The translations under genes and the position numbers were made by a program. A stretch of DNA of 64,000 nt from Gracilinanus agilis (taxonomy: Eukaryota). Positions 61,123 through 64,000 of this stretch are shown in pieces. Location: assembly GCF_016433145.1 (NCBI RefSeq), contig NC_058135.1, positions 229,399,566 to 229,463,565 on the forward strand, read 5' to 3'. Below the pieces are notes generated by a model. That model did no database searches. It was not told where the DNA came from and saw only the letters and a list, made by a program, of their open reading frames with translations. Positions within the stretch are counted from its first letter, which is position 1. Each line of letters starts with the position of its first letter.

Positions 61123-62279
61123 AATAACATTAAAAGACTTATATGAACAGATGCAAAATGAAGAACCAAGAAAATAACATATGCGATGACTACAAGATAA
61201 AATGAAAAGAAAAAAAGCAATCAATCAAAATCCTACAGAATATAATGGCCAAGATCGTCTCCAAAGATGAAGAGGAAAATGTCTCAATCTTCCTTTCATT
61301 GCAGAGGGAGGGGACACCAAGTGGGTATGGAACACCACACATAATGTCAGAACCTTTTGGCTTATTGATCCATTTTACTGAACATTTTCTTTATCTTTTT
61401 CTGCCTCTAGATAAGGGAAGCTCTCTGGGAGGGGAAGTGGGGTAGAATACAGTAGAAAAAGCAAGAGATAAAACAAAAAAAGAGAAAAGATACCAAGAAA
61501 CATTTATTTTTTTAAATTATGACAACAATTATTAGAGATTCATTGTCCCAAAGGCTTGTTTACAGGACGCTTCCCAAGAGGCAAAATCCTGTCAATCAAG
61601 GAATAGAACTGAAGGGAATGTGGGAGGGATGTCTGGTATTTCTGGACCATTCCATTAATTTGATAGTTGGTAGGCCCTACCAAGAGGCACTAGTTGCTGT
61701 TTGCTCATTTTCTGTTACAGAGTTGAAATCACCAGAGCTTTAAGGAATAATTTAAACCACAACAAAAAAGATACAGCTGTCTTTATAATGGATGCAGCTG
61801 CCCCATAGTCTAACCTGTGTCTCTCAAAGACCCTACTGAGATGAGCACTATACATATAATAATAGCTAGCAATTGTATAGCAAGATTTGTAAAGCATTTG
61901 ATCCGTACAACAATCTTGGGAGGGAGGTGCTTTGATTATCCCCATTTTACAGATGGGAAAACAGGCACATGGAGATTAAATAACTCGTCTAGTGTCATAC
62001 AGCTAGCTAGTACCAATCTAGGTTAGTATTTGAAATTGGAGCTACTACTCCAAGTCCTGCATTCTCTCCACTGTGCTATGGAATGGCTTCATAGTGGGGG
62101 TAATATTATTCCTAGAATTTACAGAAGAGGAAACTAGAACCCAGAGAAACTAAGCAACTCCTAAGGGTCACCTGCTCCAGGGCTTCCTGACCCTAGCAGG
62201 AAAGCGATCAACTGAAAGTCACAAAGTGATCAAATGGCAGGATTCAGACTCATACCCTGATCTCAGTAAGGCAGTGTTT

Positions 62280-63120
62280 ATTCATGATAAACCCAAGTTA
62301 CCTTTTGTATGTAACAAACTACATAACATGGACACAAGTACATTTTTCTCTTCTAAAAAAAGAAAACCAAAAATCTTAAATAAGATACTGGCAAGGAAAA
62401 CACAACAATATATCACAAGGATTATTCACTAGGACCAGGTGGGATTTACTCCAGGAATGCAGGACTGGTTTAATATTAGGAAAACTATCAGCATATCAAT
62501 AAACAAACTAACAGAAATCATGTGATTATCTCAATAGACGCAGAAAAAGTGGAAAATATACCATGTGTTCCTATTAAAAACACTTAAAAGCATAGGAATA
62601 AATGGGCCTTTCCTTAAAATAATAAGTAGTATCTATCTAAAACAATCAACAAGTATCATCTGTAATGTGGATAAGCTAGAAGCCTTCCCAATAAGATCAG
62701 GGGTGAAGCAAGGACCCTATTTTTATTATACATAATATATATGTATTTATTTATCATCACCACTATTTTTTAATATTGTACTAGAAATGCTAGCTTTAGC
62801 AATTAGAGAAGAAAAAGAAATGGAAGGAATTAAAGTAGGCAATGAGGAAACTAAACTATCACTCTTTGCTGATATTATGGTATGCTTAGAGAATCCTAGA
62901 GAATCAACTAAAAATTAGTTGAAATAATTAAAACTTTAACAAAGTTGCAGCATATGAAAAAAGAAGACCATGTTTTGTATGACTGTACACATATAATTTC
63001 TATCCTACCTGCCTTCTCAAGGAGTGAGGAGAGAAAGGGAGGGAAAGAATATAGAATTCAAATTAAAAAAAAAAAGTTAAACATTTTTTTTGTTCACATC
63101 TTAAGGAAAAAGAAAACAAA
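62280..63120 (+). mobile_element. L1 ORF2 reverse-transcriptase fragment, disrupted
   Basis: [38 protein letters not shown], followed by GVKQG and FADI motifs, with stops and deletions. Confidence 0.9.
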
Positions 63121-63121
63121 A

Positions 63122-63300
63122 ATTAGGTCCTAGGTTCAAATCTGACCTCAGACACGTCCCAACTGTGTGACCCTGGGCAAGTCACTTGACCCCCCCCCCC
63201 CCCATTGCCTACCCTTACCACTCTTCTGCCTTAGAACCAATACACAGTATTGACTCCAAGTCAGAAGGTAAGGGTTAAAAAAAAAAATTAAAAAGAAAAA
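63122..63300 (+). mobile_element. SINE1_Mdo-like SINE, 5'-truncated
   Basis: ggtcctaggttcaaatctgacctcagacac...gaaggtaagggttaaaaaa. Confidence 0.85.
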
Positions 63301-64000
63301 AAGAAAACCAAAGGGTCTGAAATAAATTTGGGGAAGATATATTTGTTTGCATTCTGTATTTTTTAGTTTTTCAATCAGTAAGTATCCTTGTTCTGGCTTT
63401 AACTGATTTCAGCTACAGTGATTTCAGACCAAATTATTTCTATAACCTGAAAAAGGAAACTCAGAGATTCCTGTTCTTAATAATGAATTTATTGGACAGT
63501 TCAGATGCTGAGGAATTACCCATCTCTACCCACAGGAGGTTAGAAATTCTGGGGACCACAATTGAAATATAGTAGTTAATAGGGATGGGCAAATCTTGAA
63601 CTTTGTAACTTTCTCTGAGCCCTGTGGTGTTCAAATAATAGAATAGACATCATTTACATTCTCTTCCAGAGAGAAGGAATAAATTATGAAGACACTAGAA
63701 GCCCTGAGGTCAAACTGGAGCATTCTACAAGTTCTACTACTGTTGAACATTCCATTATGGAGAATTGTTATTAGCTGTGTGACCCTGGGCAAGGCACTAA
63801 AAGTCTGCTTTCCTGAACAGAAGTCATCGTAGCATGTACTCTGACGGTTGTTGTATAGAGCAAGTGAGATGTTTGTGTAGTGTTTAGCACAGTGATGGGC
63901 CCATAGTAGGCCTTCCTGCCTCCTTCCTCTTTCAGAAACCTTCAGACTCTGAATTGGAAGGAGCCTTATCTGATGTCTGACTGTGCCTGATGAAGAATCT

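Larger units (their letters stand above)
1..64000 (-). other. PPFIBP2: The whole window lies inside the PPFIBP2 transcription unit. Introns are 8670, 29977, 12145 and 2802 nt, plus two partial introns at the window edges.
   Basis: The five exons are in order and in frame. I found neither the N-terminal exons (MASDASH...) nor the next exon (DQEIQRLK...) in the window. Confidence 0.9.

Noticed and set aside
62226-63120. Possible active L1 reverse transcriptase
   Set aside because: The fragment has stops, deletions and no ORF1 or 5'UTR, so it is a dead copy.
1-64000. tRNA genes, CRISPR arrays, viral or prokaryotic systems
   Set aside because: The tRNA-like A/B boxes are all SINE heads. I saw no repeat-spacer arrays, long ORFs, viral motifs or mitochondrial insertions.

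Overview
This is intron-dominated marsupial genomic DNA, most likely a didelphid opossum such as Monodelphis, judged from SINE1_Mdo-type SINEs, Mar1/MIR CORE-SINEs, marsupial L1, L2, L3/CR1 and hAT/Tigger MITEs. The only protein-coding content I can support is five consecutive internal coding exons of PPFIBP2 (liprin-beta-2) on the minus strand: 59844-59936, 51060-51173, 20951-21082, 8713-8805 and 5802-5910. All have canonical AG/GT boundaries and splice in frame into 180 codons of the N-terminal coiled-coil region. The gene's start lies beyond base 64000 and the rest of the gene lies before base 1. Most entries in the ORF track are chance ORFs in introns or repeats, and there are two assembly gaps. 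I found no prokaryote-like or otherwise new system. The most interesting signals concern how this gene may be regulated: donor-like motifs at the 5' ends of two consecutive exons (recursive splicing or a 6-nt microexon), a distant branch point with a long AG-free zone, candidate internal promoters and first exons (including a Kozak-ATG|GTGAGT exon), an unexplained ~90%-identical inverted repeat, and several nested transposon insertions. Repeat family names are from memory of consensus sequences, not from a database search, and repeat boundaries are approximate unless target-site duplications (TSDs) are given. Exon numbers follow my recollection of the human gene.
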